Assembly: GCA_965178125.1 (NCBI GenBank)
Contig: OZ237764.1
Coordinates: 248,001-312,000, forward strand
Source of the DNA: Bilabrum cf. latius
Taxonomy: Eukaryota
Direction of reading: 5' to 3'
DNA: 64,000 nucleotides
In this document: positions 13,901-26,003 of the stretch, piece by piece
Layout of the letters: each line of letters begins with the position of its first letter
How positions within the stretch are numbered: position 1 is the first letter of the stretch
Position numbers and translations under genes: made by a program
The notes under the pieces: generated by a model
The model's database searches: none
What the model was told of the DNA's origin: nothing
The model's input: the letters and a program-made list of their open reading frames with translations, nothing else

Positions 13901-16900
13901 AAGGTAGCACAGCACGGCCGACGTAGCTTGCGGGCGAGGTCGTCCAACTCCTTTGGTGGGCCGCTGCTCCTCGCGCCCTGCTTGCTCGGTGTGGCGTGCA
14001 TGGCAATTGCCGCTTCGGCTGCTAGGTCTGGCGATGACATGTCGAACAGGTCCCCAGCGAGAGCTGCTGGCGGGGTGGCAGAGCCGCTCGGGGTCGCAGA
14101 TTGTGCTTGTGCTGCCTGAAGCGCGCCGGCATCACCAGGAGCAGACGAGCTCCCTTCCTATGGATGTAAAGGGGCCATGCTGGGAGGCGCGCCCGTACGC
14201 TGCACATGAACGCTCGAATGCGGCTCTGTAGCATCGTACCCATAGTCATTCGTCCCTGTAGCATCGTACCCATAGTCATTCGTCCCTGCCATTTCCTCGT
14301 GACCTTGGCCGCCTGCATCTGTGCCGTACTCGGTGCCGTATGCATCGGAATATTCAGCAGCATAATTTTCGGTGGCTATTGCGGGGCGCGGGTCAGTTTC
14401 TCCATGCTTGCTCTCGCCCTAAGCTGCAAGGGATTCAGCTGTAGTACTAGTCAATGTGCCGCTTGCGGTTCCCCCCAAGGACCCTCGTCTCGGCTTAAAC
14501 CCACCGGCAGGTGTTGCTTGGAAACTGGACGAAGGAACAAGAAGTTGGCCTGCATCGCGCGATGCATCATCGCCAGAAGCTGCAGTACTAGGCTGTGAAC
14601 CTATCTCAGTAGCATTTGACTCTTTGTCTTTGCTCTCTGATTTTGTTGAACCAGCTGCTTTCATTGGCTTGAACACTGCGGGTTTCGCTGCAAACGCGCC
14701 AGCTGGCCCGGTACCAGAGTCGGTTGTCTTGGCAGCGTCATTGGACTCCTAAGCAGCAAAGGTTGAAGCAGGTGCATCGCTCGGTGGGGCAGACTCTAAA
14801 GCATCAGCATCAGGCCGCGAAGATGATTCGCTCATAAGTGCCATCGCTGTGGGTCGAGCAGCCCCATCCGAACTGCTGCCTCCACTCGCAGGGGCAGGCG
14901 CGGCAGTGCTCCCGGCAAGTGCACCCGCAAACCTTGCCGGCATGGGCCTGCCTCCTTTACGCCTTCGCCTACCCTTCGGTACACCGCCGAATATCGGAGC
15001 TTGAGCACGAACTGGTGCTGGTGCCGGGGCTGATGTCGGCGCCGAGTCAGCGCAAGCAGAAGCCGAGGCACGGCCATCTGCCCCCGATAGCGGCGGTTCA
15101 GGTACAGCAGCGCCAATAGCGGCACTATCTTTGCTTGTTCCTGCACCTTGGGCAGCACTGACTGCGGCCTGTCCGTTCGGAGCGGGAGCCGTGTCAGGGA
15201 CTGCCTCTGTCTAGAATGCTACATCCTGCTCAGTCTCCGCTGTACAGTCTGACTATTGCGGCACTCGCTCTGCGGCCTGCTCCTAGTTATAATCGTCACC
15301 CAAAACCTACCTATGAGTGGCGGCAGAGTCGCCGACAGCCCCAGCTGCGCCTGCCTTACCTATTTGAGCAATTGGCTGACTGCTGGATGCCTGCAGTGCC
15401 TCCTGTGATCCAGAGTCCGATTCGCGTACTTTGCTAGCTTCTCCCTCTCCGGCGCCACCATCTGCACCGGTGCCATTCGCAGCTTCCTCGTCGTCCTCAG
15501 CCATATCTCGCTCGGCTGCAGGTTGAGCAGAGTCGGCTGGCGGTCCTGCCAGTGCAATGCTATCCGTAGTTCCCCCAGATTCACCAGGACCAGCGACCGG
15601 CGTATCGGCATCGCACGCACTATTACTTACAGACACGGGTTCTTGTTTAGCTGGCATCGATGGAGTGAACCGTGCCACCGCTGCAGCGGCGGCCGAGACC
15701 CGCTTCCTGCCCTAGCCTTTGCCCCGCCGTCGCGGGGGAGGCGGGACCGAGCCACTTGTGGGTGGCACAGCGGCAGTGGTCGCAGAGACGGGCGTCTCAG
15801 TTGAGACGGCTGGATCTACGGGTGGCTCGCTTGTGGCTTGCTGCTCTAGAGTAGGCGCTGGCTGGCTACTCACTTCCACGTTTGTTCCCGTACTTGAATT
15901 TGAACTCCCAGTTTGCCCGTCAGGCTGGAGTTGGGACATTCCAGTTGCAGTGCCTGCTGCTGGGGGCGACCCTGTTTGCTGGCCCGTGTCAGTCGTGGCT
16001 CCATCTGCTGTAGTAGCCGTAGCCATATCCGAGGCTGGACCTGGGACAGTGGTCTAGCTAATACCAGCTGCAGGCTCCTCTGATGTCGTCCCTGTGGCAC
16101 CATGCGCCACACGGGCCACAGCCCCTGCAGCAGCAGACTTCCCACGCCGGCCCCGTCGACTCGGTGGCGGCGGCATGGGCGATGAGGCCTTAGGACCAGA
16201 TACCGCAGACTTCGCTTGGTTGGCGGCAGCGGCTGCAGCCGCGGCAGCTGCGGACCGACCTCCTCCCCTCAACTTTCTGCGCTTGCTACTGCTGATGCTA
16301 TTGCCGCCAATTGCTGCACCTGCAGACGCCGGCGGCTGTTTTGGCGTGCTGCTAGCTGACTCGGTCACTGCAGCAGGGCTCTCAGGGCGCTCTGCCCGAG
16401 TCGATGCCTAAGATGGGCGAGTCTGCTGACTGTTATCAGTACTATATGCCTGTGCGGGTGTGCTGCCAGGGACAGGTGTGACTTCAGCGGTGCCAGCATT
16501 GCTGGGCTGCCCGGTGTGCTGCATCGTTGGGACGGTTGATGCGGCTGTGGATGGCACCACAAGGCCTTGCGACGAACCTTGCTACGGCAACTGCCCTCCC
16601 GGTTGATGCTATTGCCAACCTTGCTACTACTACCACTACTGCTGCTGCTGGAAGCTATGCTGCTGCGCAACCCCTGCTTCGTGCTGGTGCTGGTTCCCTC
16701 GAGAAGCTCCATGTCCTGCAAAATACTGCTGCTGCCGCTGCCAGGCAGGTTGCTCCGGGGCCTGTACTTCAAGTGGTGCAGGTGCGGGGGTTTGCACGAC
16801 AATGGACGGCTGGAGAGACGCGACCACTCGTTTTCTCCCTCGCCTTGCTCTGCCTGATAGAGCCGACAACGTTCCAGCGCCACTTCCACCAGTGGGCAGC

Positions 16901-19155
16901 TCCGCAAACATTGCCTAGCCGCTGTCACGGGCTGAAACGGCTTGTCTAGCAGCAAAATGAGAAGCGCTTCCCGCTGGCTAGGACTAAGGGGCACTCCTTG
17001 AGGGTGCAGCGGACTACTGAGGCCAGTGACTGTGTCTTTGATTCCCTGCCTGCTGCTTGCGAAGGAACGGGTTGGTGGTTTGAGGAGGCTTCGGAGCTGT
17101 GGTTGCCCCATATGACTGCGACTGCGACTGCGGCTGCGGTAGTGCCTGCTGCACCAACTGCGACGTGTGTCCTATCTGCGATCCATCTGCTGCCCACAGA
17201 TATCCATTCGAATCCACCCAAGCCTGGGCATCTCTGTCCCACCAATGCCCGTCGCTTGTCACCCAGTACCACCGGCCACTCGAAGCGTCTTGGTGCCACC
17301 GACCGCCGCCCTGGGTTAGGGCCGGCTGAGGCGTGCTCTGCCCTACTGTCGAATGCACTGCAGCGGGTTGAACGGAGTGGGGTGCTGCGATAGATACAGG
17401 CGCCTCCTAGGCATTTGACCCCATTCCCACGCTTGCTAATGCACCCTGCTCCCGGGCTGGAGCCGATGGTGGCTGGGGCTGGGGCTAGGGCTGAGCCTCG
17501 CGGCTGAGCGCCATGTCGGCAGTATCCTATGCAGGTAGATCTTGGCTTCCGGGTGCAGATGCAGGCGCATCTGTTGCTCCGCACCCTACACCTTGTCGAT
17601 CGGCCATCTCACCCATGCCATCCACCACGCTGTCATCTGCACCTGCAGGTGCCCCATCTTCGCTCGAATCATCGCCATCGTCCTCGTCCTGCTCGTCCTC
17701 GCCCCCTTCGTACCCATCGTCCTCATGGATCGCAACTGAGCCGATCCCCAGGCCGCCTATTCCCATCGACTCGACCCCCTGCACGCTGCCCCCTCGGAAC
17801 AGCCGCCTCGCCGCGCGTCTCCTCTCGACCTCAGTGCCGTACCCAGACTCGCTCTCTGATGCGCCATCCAGGTCACCGAATAGATCCGCAGCAGAGATTG
17901 TCCCAACCTTTTTGGCAGAAGCAGGGGCCTGCTGCTAGTCCCCGGATCCCACAGCCTCGCTAACTGCCTCCTCCACAGGGGCCTGCTGCTAGTCCCCGGG
18001 TCCCACATCCTCGCCGACTGCCTCCTCCACAGGGGCCTGCTGCTAGTCCCCGGGTCCCACAGCCTCGCTGACTGCCTCCTCCACAGGGGCCTGCTGCTAG
18101 TCCCCGGATCCCACAGCCTCGCCGACTGCCTCCTCCACAGGGGCCTGCTGCTAGTCCCCGGGTCCCACTGCCTCGCTGACTGCCTCCTCCACAGGGGCCT
18201 GCTGCTAGTCCCCGGATCCCACATCCTCGCCGACTGCCTCCTCCACAGGGGCCTGCTGCTAGTCCCCGGGTCCCACTGCCTCGCTGGCTGCCTCCTCCAC
18301 AGGGGCCTGCTGCTAGTCCCCGGGTCCCACAGCCTCGCTCACTGCCTCCTCCACAGGGGCCTGCTGCTAGTCCCCGGGTCCCACTGCCTCGCCGACTGCC
18401 TCCTCCACAGGGGCCTGCTGCTAGTCCCCGGGTCCCACTGCCTCGCCGACTGCCTCCTCCACAGGGGCCTGCTGCTAGTCCCCGGATCCCACTGCCTCGC
18501 TGACTGCCTCCTCCACAGGGGCCTGCTGCTAGTCCCCGGGTCCCACTGCCTCGCTGGCTGCCTCCTCCACAGGGGCCTGCTGCTAGTCCCCGGATCCCAC
18601 AGCCTCGCTGGCTGCCTCCTCCACAGGGGCCTGCTGCTAGTCCCCGGATCCCACAGCCTCGCTAACTGCCTCCTCCACAGGGGCCTGCTGCTAGTCCCCG
18701 GATCCCACAGCTTCGCTGGCAGGCCAAGCCTACCCTCCAACTTCTTCGTGATCTAGCCCCGTGTTGATGCTTGCCCTAGACCTACTTGGCATTGCCCGCC
18801 CTGCCTCTGTCCCGTGCCCCTCGTGCAGGCCCACGGTAGTGCCAGTCGCCATGGCTACAGTTGCTGGCGAGAATAATGATGACCCGGCTACCTCGGGAGT
18901 TGGTCGGGTGCATACATTCACTGGGGGCTCTCTTTGTCTTATAGGAGTGACTAAATGCTACTCAGTCAACTCTGCACGTTCTCCGCTTCTATTTGGCTAG
19001 ATCTCTCTCGATTGTGCTGCTGATATAAATTCTTCATCCTGAACTAGGTCATGTTTATCATCAGTCGACGAATACGGCCAGTTCCGCTCGCTTTCATCCG
19101 AATCCATGCGTTGGTCTTGACCTGCATCGGAATCCGTGGCTATATGGGCGATCAT
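10921..19155 (-). CDS. SEC16: COPII scaffold Sec16, single exon, 2744 aa with TAG=Gln
   Basis: Sec16 motifs TFGFGGR, FPGPL, AHTLYLVAG…RLVLAGGDH…QRTEV, PFKLLYAIRLADLG, YYDKAKGRWV and C-terminal RPRY. The 8235-nt frame from ATG 19155 to TGA 10921 has no TAA or TGA but about 48 TAG (hand count). Confidence 0.9.
17925..18720 (-). repeat. 54-bp coding tandem repeat, 15 copies, in the Sec16 N-terminus (AVG[S/P]GD-TAG-QQAPVEEA[V/A][S/G]E)
   Basis: CTAGTCCCCGG on the + strand recurs every 54 nt from 17935 to 18691. Confidence 0.95.
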
Positions 19156-19594
19156 ACTAGGCTCAAAACGTGGATATGTTAAATCACAATATTTTTAGTA
19201 CAATCACATTGCAATTTGATTGTGAACACGAACACAGAATTCGAATAGGAATCAGCAACTCTGCTGCAAAGGCAATAACACCCTAAATTTGATTCGTTGA
19301 TACTTCTGTGCTCACCTGGCGGGTACACCAATGAACAGAAAATAATAAAAAAACGTTCTGAACTACCCTGGACTAGTTTTAGGTCCTGTATGCCACAAAA
19401 AAATAGTATGATTTAAGCTTAGGTAGCGTACTGTTTGTTAATGTAACGAGAAAAGTACGATTTTATGCAATGGGGATGGAGCCAGCGCTGCTCGAAGGCG
19501 ACAGTACGCCCTGTGTACCACTTGGGCTACAGTTCTCTGTCTCTGCTTTGATTCTGAAATAAGTTGGTATTGGATTCTAGATTCGGAGGCTGGA
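19156..19594. promoter_or_regulatory. AT-rich divergent intergenic region, a likely bidirectional promoter
   Basis: GC content drops markedly between the head-to-head starts of Sec16 (19155, -) and the secreted protein (19595, +). Confidence 0.45.
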
Positions 19595-21534
19595 ATGCGA
19601 ATTGTACTCGCCCTGGTTGCGGCAGCTTTCTGCTTGACGATGGGGCGGTCTCAGCTAGCCTTGCAGGTAAGCATATTTTTGTCGGTAGTCATGGCCGCCG
19701 TTAATCTTAAAACTTACTATCTAAGCTTTGCTGAGCAAACCCATTTGATTCAATCGTATACTCGCAGAGGGGAATCCAGGAGGAGCTCTCGGCTTTCCGA
19801 TTCCACGATGCCAATCGAGGCTACGTTGCCGTGAGAAATGGGATGTTGGAAAATTAGGACGATAGTAAGGAAGAAGGCGATGGAGAAGCGAAGGAAGAAG
19901 GCGATGGAGCGGAGAAGGAGGAAGGCGATGCAGTAGCAGAGTCTGAGGGCGAGGGCGCCGTCGAAGGCGGCGAAGACGGTAACGGAAAGGAAGGGAGTGG
20001 CGGAAGCACAGAGGATGAAAATGTATCGAGTGATAAAGGTGGCGATGAGGAAGCTGCCACGGATGTCGACAAGGAGCATCTCATGCTCAAGGCCGCCGAA
20101 ACGATCAACAAGCTCTCCAAGCTCGCCAACGAGCGATTCGGGGGAGACCCCGACAAGGAGCTGCCCAAGGACAATAAGGTGCCTGGGTCCAACACAGAGC
20201 TGCCGGACGGCATCAAGGTTCCCCACGGCGATGCTGGGGTTGCCCAGGAGGCCGCGATTAGCGAGATCAAGAAGTCTGCCGGCAACGGGGCAGTGGAGGC
20301 GTCCCAGCGCGCCAACGAGCAGATCCAGGAGGAGGTGGCGGGCATGAAGAACAAGGTGTCTGGAGACGAGGCCAAGTAGGCGCAGGCCAAGGAGAGCAGC
20401 GAGGAGGAGACAGAGGGCGAGGGCGAGGGCGACAAGGAGGACGAGGAGGGTGGTAGCAGTGGCGAGGGCGAGGACGGGGGCAATGGGGAGGATGAGACGG
20501 AAGAGGAGGGGGCTGGAGGTGGAGATGGCGAGGACACGAAAGAAGCGAAGTCAGAGGGCGACGAGGCCGCTGCAGCTTTCCTGCAGTCCCTCGCGGCCCG
20601 ATCCAAGCGCGTGCAGGGGCAGGCCCAGGCCAAGGTGCTCTCGGCTCGATCCGAGCAGGACCCCCCGGCAGCTCCCGAGGCAGAGGTCGAGGCAGAAGGT
20701 GATCAAGGAGCCCCTGGGGACGCGCCAGCACCCGAGGGAGCGCCAGCACCGGAGGGCGAGGGCGAGGGCGAGGTTGAAGAGAACGGCGAGGGTGCGAGTG
20801 CCAATTCCAGTGCCCCCGTGGATGGAGAGGCCTCCAAGGCGGCAGACTAGGGAACCGCCGAGCATGACTCGATCGGGGACATCAAGGACGGCCGCCTTGT
20901 GATCCAGCCCGCCCCCGGCATGACGGCCGGGCCCATCTCCATCCGGCCACCGACGCAGAGCAACGTGGATCTCGCCGCGCACACGGCATTCGCTAGCACG
21001 CACGGGTACAATCAGGACCTCCCCTCTCTCCAGCGGGAGATCGACGTGAGCGAAGAGAAGCTGAGGGCCATGCGGGTGGACGAGGTGAAGAAGAGGAACT
21101 TCATGGAGCAGATGCAGAAGCGGGTGGACATGATCAAGGCGGACGTGGACCTGGAGCATGGCACTGTCAGCGCGCTGGAGGCACACATCAAGGCGGTCAA
21201 GGCGCGGATGGACAGGCTCAAGAAGGAGGCGGCGGGGACCGAGATCACTGCGCAGCAGCAGCAGTATGAGATGACCAAAGCCAAGCTCAACACAGAAGTA
21301 GCACAGATGGACTCGGTCTCCAAGGCGATGCAGGCCAAGGCACAAGTGCTATCCACAGAAGCGGCCGCCAACCAGAAGGTGGAGCTCGACGAGATGTAGA
21401 AGAGCCTGGGATCCGCGGGAGCGGCCGGGGCAGGAGCTGCGGGAGAGGGCGAGGGTGCCGGAGCCGCTGGGGCTCAGGTGCTCTTGGAGGAGGAAGCGAG
21501 GCAGACTGCTGTGCTTCGTGGCGCCATTGTTTGA
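19595..21534 (+). CDS. Secreted acidic (Glu/Gly-rich) coiled-coil protein; 2 exons (intron 19667-19767)
   Basis: Signal peptide MRIVLALVAAAFCLTMG and a GTAAGC…CGCAG intron. ORFs 20083, 20611 and 20899 are joined through TAG. TGA at 21532-21534. Confidence 0.75.
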
Positions 21535-22432
21535 TACCATGTCCACGCCATATTTGCGACTTTCTTTTGTCCATCAACATGTTCTGCTCCACCCTGACGG
21601 CCTCCGCGCGCCTCACGTCGGCCTTCTGTAGCGCCTCAGGCTACTGCTCCTCCTGTTACAGCTGCTGGATCACGTCCTCTGACCGTAGCAGCTCCACGCC
21701 TGGTGTCACCACCACGACGCCCCTGCCCACCAGCAGGGCAGCCCGCAGCCTCGCTAGCTCCCTCCTGTACCTCTCTATGATCGGATGCTGTCCCCGGTGG
21801 TGACTCCCAACCCGCGTGGTCCGCTCCGCGAACTGCAATCTGCAGACCGTGTGGGATCCGATATTTTGTGCAATCAACCCAAAAGTGGGGGTATGATATT
21901 TTGTGGACTCAACTCACTAGCGCACGCTATCACGAAGAAACATCTGGAACGAGGGCCCGGGACCTACCACTGGCTACCAGACTTCACGCTTCAGCTGCAA
22001 TTCAAAAAGGATGGCCTAAACCACCTAAGCTCCACCCTGAGGACCCATTTCCCCCTGGGGAGCGTCAGCATTCACGTTCCCTCCGGCGCCAGCTGCCGGC
22101 ACCCCGTCCTGCTGCCCGTTCTGAGCCAACCCTGCCTTTGACGTTGGCGATCGCCACGGCGAGGTTGTTGTTTTCGGCTGCCCCTACAGCCAGGCTGGCA
22201 AAGTTCTCTCGGACCGCCCTTACGAGCACCCATTTGGCCTTCGCTGCAGCCCTCCTCGATCCTATAGTACAGAGACAAAATCGAGGATCCTTGAGCGGTC
22301 CTGCTCAAAAGTGCAGGTATGTATATAACGTACAGATAACGTATTGAGATAATCCCACACAACAAAATATGTCGAATTCACCCAGAGTAACCAAAGCACC
22401 CTGCGTGAGTCACAACAGCACTACAAAAAATC

Positions 22433-25400
22433 ATGCAACTGAGGCCATGGCTTTGCACAGCTATGACGCTATCAGCTGCACATATGATCAGCTTTGCCCT
22501 AGCAACGACGGGATCCCTTCGGGGAGAAGCAGGCGTCGACACAGGAGCTGACTTCGATGACTACTACCACTAGCAGGTTGGGCTGGTGCTGAGCTTGAAC
22601 GCGAGGCCAGAGGACTAGAACTAGTTAACATGCAATGAGCTATCCGTCATGCCTGCACTTCTGAAGAACGTGAGTCTGCAGGCTGCTACAAGCGTTTTTG
22701 TGGAGTATTCACCCACGTGCTTGTTTCACTTCACGTGCTGGTTTTCCATGCTTTTGGAACGGACAGCCAAACGTAATATTTAACAGTAATCGGGTCGCTT
22801 GTGAACTATCGCTCCCACTGTTGCTCGTGTGCTTGATTTGTACGCAGAAAGTGCAATGTCGGCCGGCGGGTGAAGATCACCTGGTCCTGCGGATGTGCGG
22901 CACGGGGCAGGGGTGCGATGTGAGCGAGGCCACAACCGCCATTCAGGCGGTTGCTAGCCGACATGGAGCATCTATAACCATCGTACACGCGCATCATGAG
23001 CACCAGATGTCGCACACACACAGGGCCCTGCTCGAGGTGCGGTCCGAGAGCAGCAACAACAACGTTGACGGTTTCCATGCACGAGATTTCCTGAGCATCC
23101 AGCACACAGGTCTGCTTAGTATCGCCCGCCGTACTATGCCAGTAGAAACCGCCGAGGAGTCTGGGTTTCTCCACGGTGGCAGATACCTGCATGAGGAGTC
23201 TGCGTACCTGCCCGGTGTAGGCAGCTCAAAGATCCGCTATATGGCGATTCTTCGCAATGACACGATCGTTCTGGAAGAAAGGCCCGAGGTCGTCCGCATC
23301 GAATGCCCAGACGAATCTGATGATCTTACAGTTGTGTCTGCAGCGCCACTTCACCTTCAACCCGGCCAGCCGATTGCATTTGAGGCGGGGTGGGGATGTG
23401 CCGCAAGGAAAGGTAAAGGCGTGTACCAGGTGCGAATGGCCGGAGTATCTGTCTAGGAAGACGATGTCAAGTCTGAGCCTACGCCAACGGCGCAAACGGT
23501 TCTCGTAATCATGGCAGAAGACCCTGTGCCTGGCATCGATGCCAACACGGGCTTGCCTGTCTGGTCGACCAAGGTGCGCGCTGAAACGGTGCCAGCCAAC
23601 AGAGGGGCTGAGCTGCTGGATCTAAATTTTGAAATGGAGCCCGAGCCCGAGGTGTTGGAAGGCGAGACAACTGAGGAGCATGTTGCCCGGGTTCTAGCAT
23701 CGCCAATACACCAGCACGGTGGAAGGAGAGCCAGTGCGGTGGCTTGCGAAGACAAGACGGCCGGCCAGATGGAAACCACTGTCGTGGCGCTGAACTTCGA
23801 CTGCAGCGCAACCCTCTTCGAGTACGGATTCAACTGGAACTTCAAAACAGAGAAGGCCGTCTAGGACAAACTGAGTCTCGTGGGAGACTCAGTGTACTTC
23901 TCGGACACGTGAGCACAAGAAACTGTTGCCTGCATATGTAACTCCAGCTGCCTTGCAGGTTGATGCTCCGCCTATACCACTCGATGGAGTAAGCCAGTTG
24001 TCCTTTGATCGCTTGATCTCGTTGCAGGTACGCATACATCAAGGCCAAGTTGAAGTTTGCGTTCGCGGGGTATGCGTCGGCCTCGTCTGCTGGGGTGACC
24101 CGTATGATGGTGGAGCTCAGCGGAGATGCAAAAGTGAAGGCGGATCTCGTTCTGCAGCAAGACAAGCTCGAATCGACCAAGGGTATCAAGAAGTTTGGGG
24201 ATCCTGTGGCGCTCACCGAACGCACGCTCTCCGTAGCTGGTCTGCCGGTCACTATCGGTGGATCGGTACAGATGGGATCCAAGGCTGCCAACTCAGACGG
24301 TGCCGCTCCGCTAAAGCTGACTGTTGGTGCCACTGCTTCAGCTAGTGTCAAGCTTGGGTACAACTACGCAGAAACGCACAAGCTGAAGAGTGACCCGAAC
24401 TGCTTCTGCATTTCGGCTGTCTACACTGTCACTGGTGGGAGTACCGAGTACTGCTATGTGAATCAAGACTGCAGTGCAAGCGGCGTGACCTCTTGGCGCG
24501 GCTGGTCAACCAAGTACGCCCCGGCAGCTTCCGGCGATTTGACCGAGTGGTCGGAAAAAGCCATGATCTCGGAGGCCAGCTGGGGCTTTGAGTACCGCCC
24601 ACTCACCATTGCACAGGACAGCGCCAAGACTGGAATTGTCGCGGCAAGAAGCAAGGTGCACATCGGCCCCTACCTCGTTCTGATGCTGTACAAGAGCATC
24701 CCAATCAACGTGTTTCTTGGTGGTGAGCTCAGTCCTCACGTTGCCCCGACGTCGGGAACGCCTCCAGCTCTATCAACCGTGACTGTACCGTCCGGTTTGA
24801 AAAGGCGTCTGGGACTCACAACGGCTACATCGGAAGACGAAGGCGGGTTTACACCAGCCGGTGGTTCGCGACGGCTCGCCGGGGCGGCGTGTGCCGACTC
24901 AACCGTTGGCCTGGATGCTGGAGGGGTGCATCTCTCCCTCGGTGTTGGGGACGTCAAACTCAAGCTGAGTGAATTCATCAGTGCCCTAACAGACGTCACG
25001 CTGATGGAGGGCTTCGACTTGACGGACGTAAAGATGTCCGAATCGTCGAACCTCCTCAGCATCAAGGGAGCATGCGACGGCGCAACCAAACAGGTTGGCG
25101 CGACCGGAGGGGGTGACAGCGGAGGCAGTACCGGCGGAGGCAGTACCGGCGGAGACGGTGCCAGCGGAGGCAGCACCAGCGGAGGCAGCACCAGCGGAGG
25201 CAGTACCAAGAAGAAAAAGGGCAACGGAGGCGTCATTGCGGGTGCTGTAATTGGATCGCTGGTTGGAGTGGCCGCCCTGGGTGCTGCTGGCTTCTTCGTC
25301 TACACCACGTACTTTGGACCGCAAGCAGCAGCAGCAGCAGCAGCACCAGCCAGCAGTGGACCAGGAGCCGGCAACGTCGTGAACAACCCAATGAAGGATG

Positions 25401-25507
25401 CGCCGCAATCCAAAACCAAGGACGGAGATGCAGCGAAACCCAACTCGGATGCTGCCGCGAAACCCAACTTGGATGCTGCCGCGAAACCCTCTGCCTCCTC
25501 CGTGTGA
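22433..25507 (+). CDS. Type I membrane/surface protein of unknown function; at least 3 exons
   Basis: Signal-like N-terminus; introns at about 22577-22847 and 23909-24027. In-frame TAGs at 22571, 23454 and 23862. Gly/Ser linker followed by TM GVIAGAVIGSLVGVAALGAAGFFVY. TGA stop. Confidence 0.7.
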
Positions 25508-26003
25508 ATTATTGCGATCAGATCCTGCGAGCGTTTGCAGCATAGTTGTTGCACACGCGAGTGGGAGCCTTGGCGGGCCTCAGCCTGCCCTGCGTGTCAA
25601 TTGAAGTCAGATCCTGGATCAGTGATCCTCTACACAGTTTTGCCTGGCTCGGCATCCCCCTGGACCCAGCGTTGGAGGGAAGCTTGCGTTTGTTTGCCCT
25701 ATCCTGGATGCCTGGGCTAAATTGTGAGCACAAATTGTCGATATCCCGCCCGGATCCGGATCCTGGATCTTCTTCAATTTTTGTGAAAGTAGGCTACGGG
25801 TTACCCTGAATTAAGGTTAAGACAGCCAGCCTTACAAACATGCATCAAAAGACCACCGAATGGGTGAACTCCTTCTGTGGATGCGGTCCACCGCACAAGA
25901 CCCACCTGCCCCCCATCCCCTCCCCATGAGCCAGCCAAACCTCCCGATCGGGTGGCCAGGTTCTAGTTTGATCCAGGCGCACTACCAGACCTGTCTAGCT
26001 TCC

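Noticed and set aside
12320-14119. Long antisense ORFs (also 47768..49360, 48165..49706 and others)
   Set aside because: Shadows of GC-rich coding sequence on the opposite strand, with no motifs of their own.
17925-18720. CRISPR-like array
   Set aside because: Head-to-tail 54-bp units with no unique spacers, in frame within Sec16, and no cas genes.
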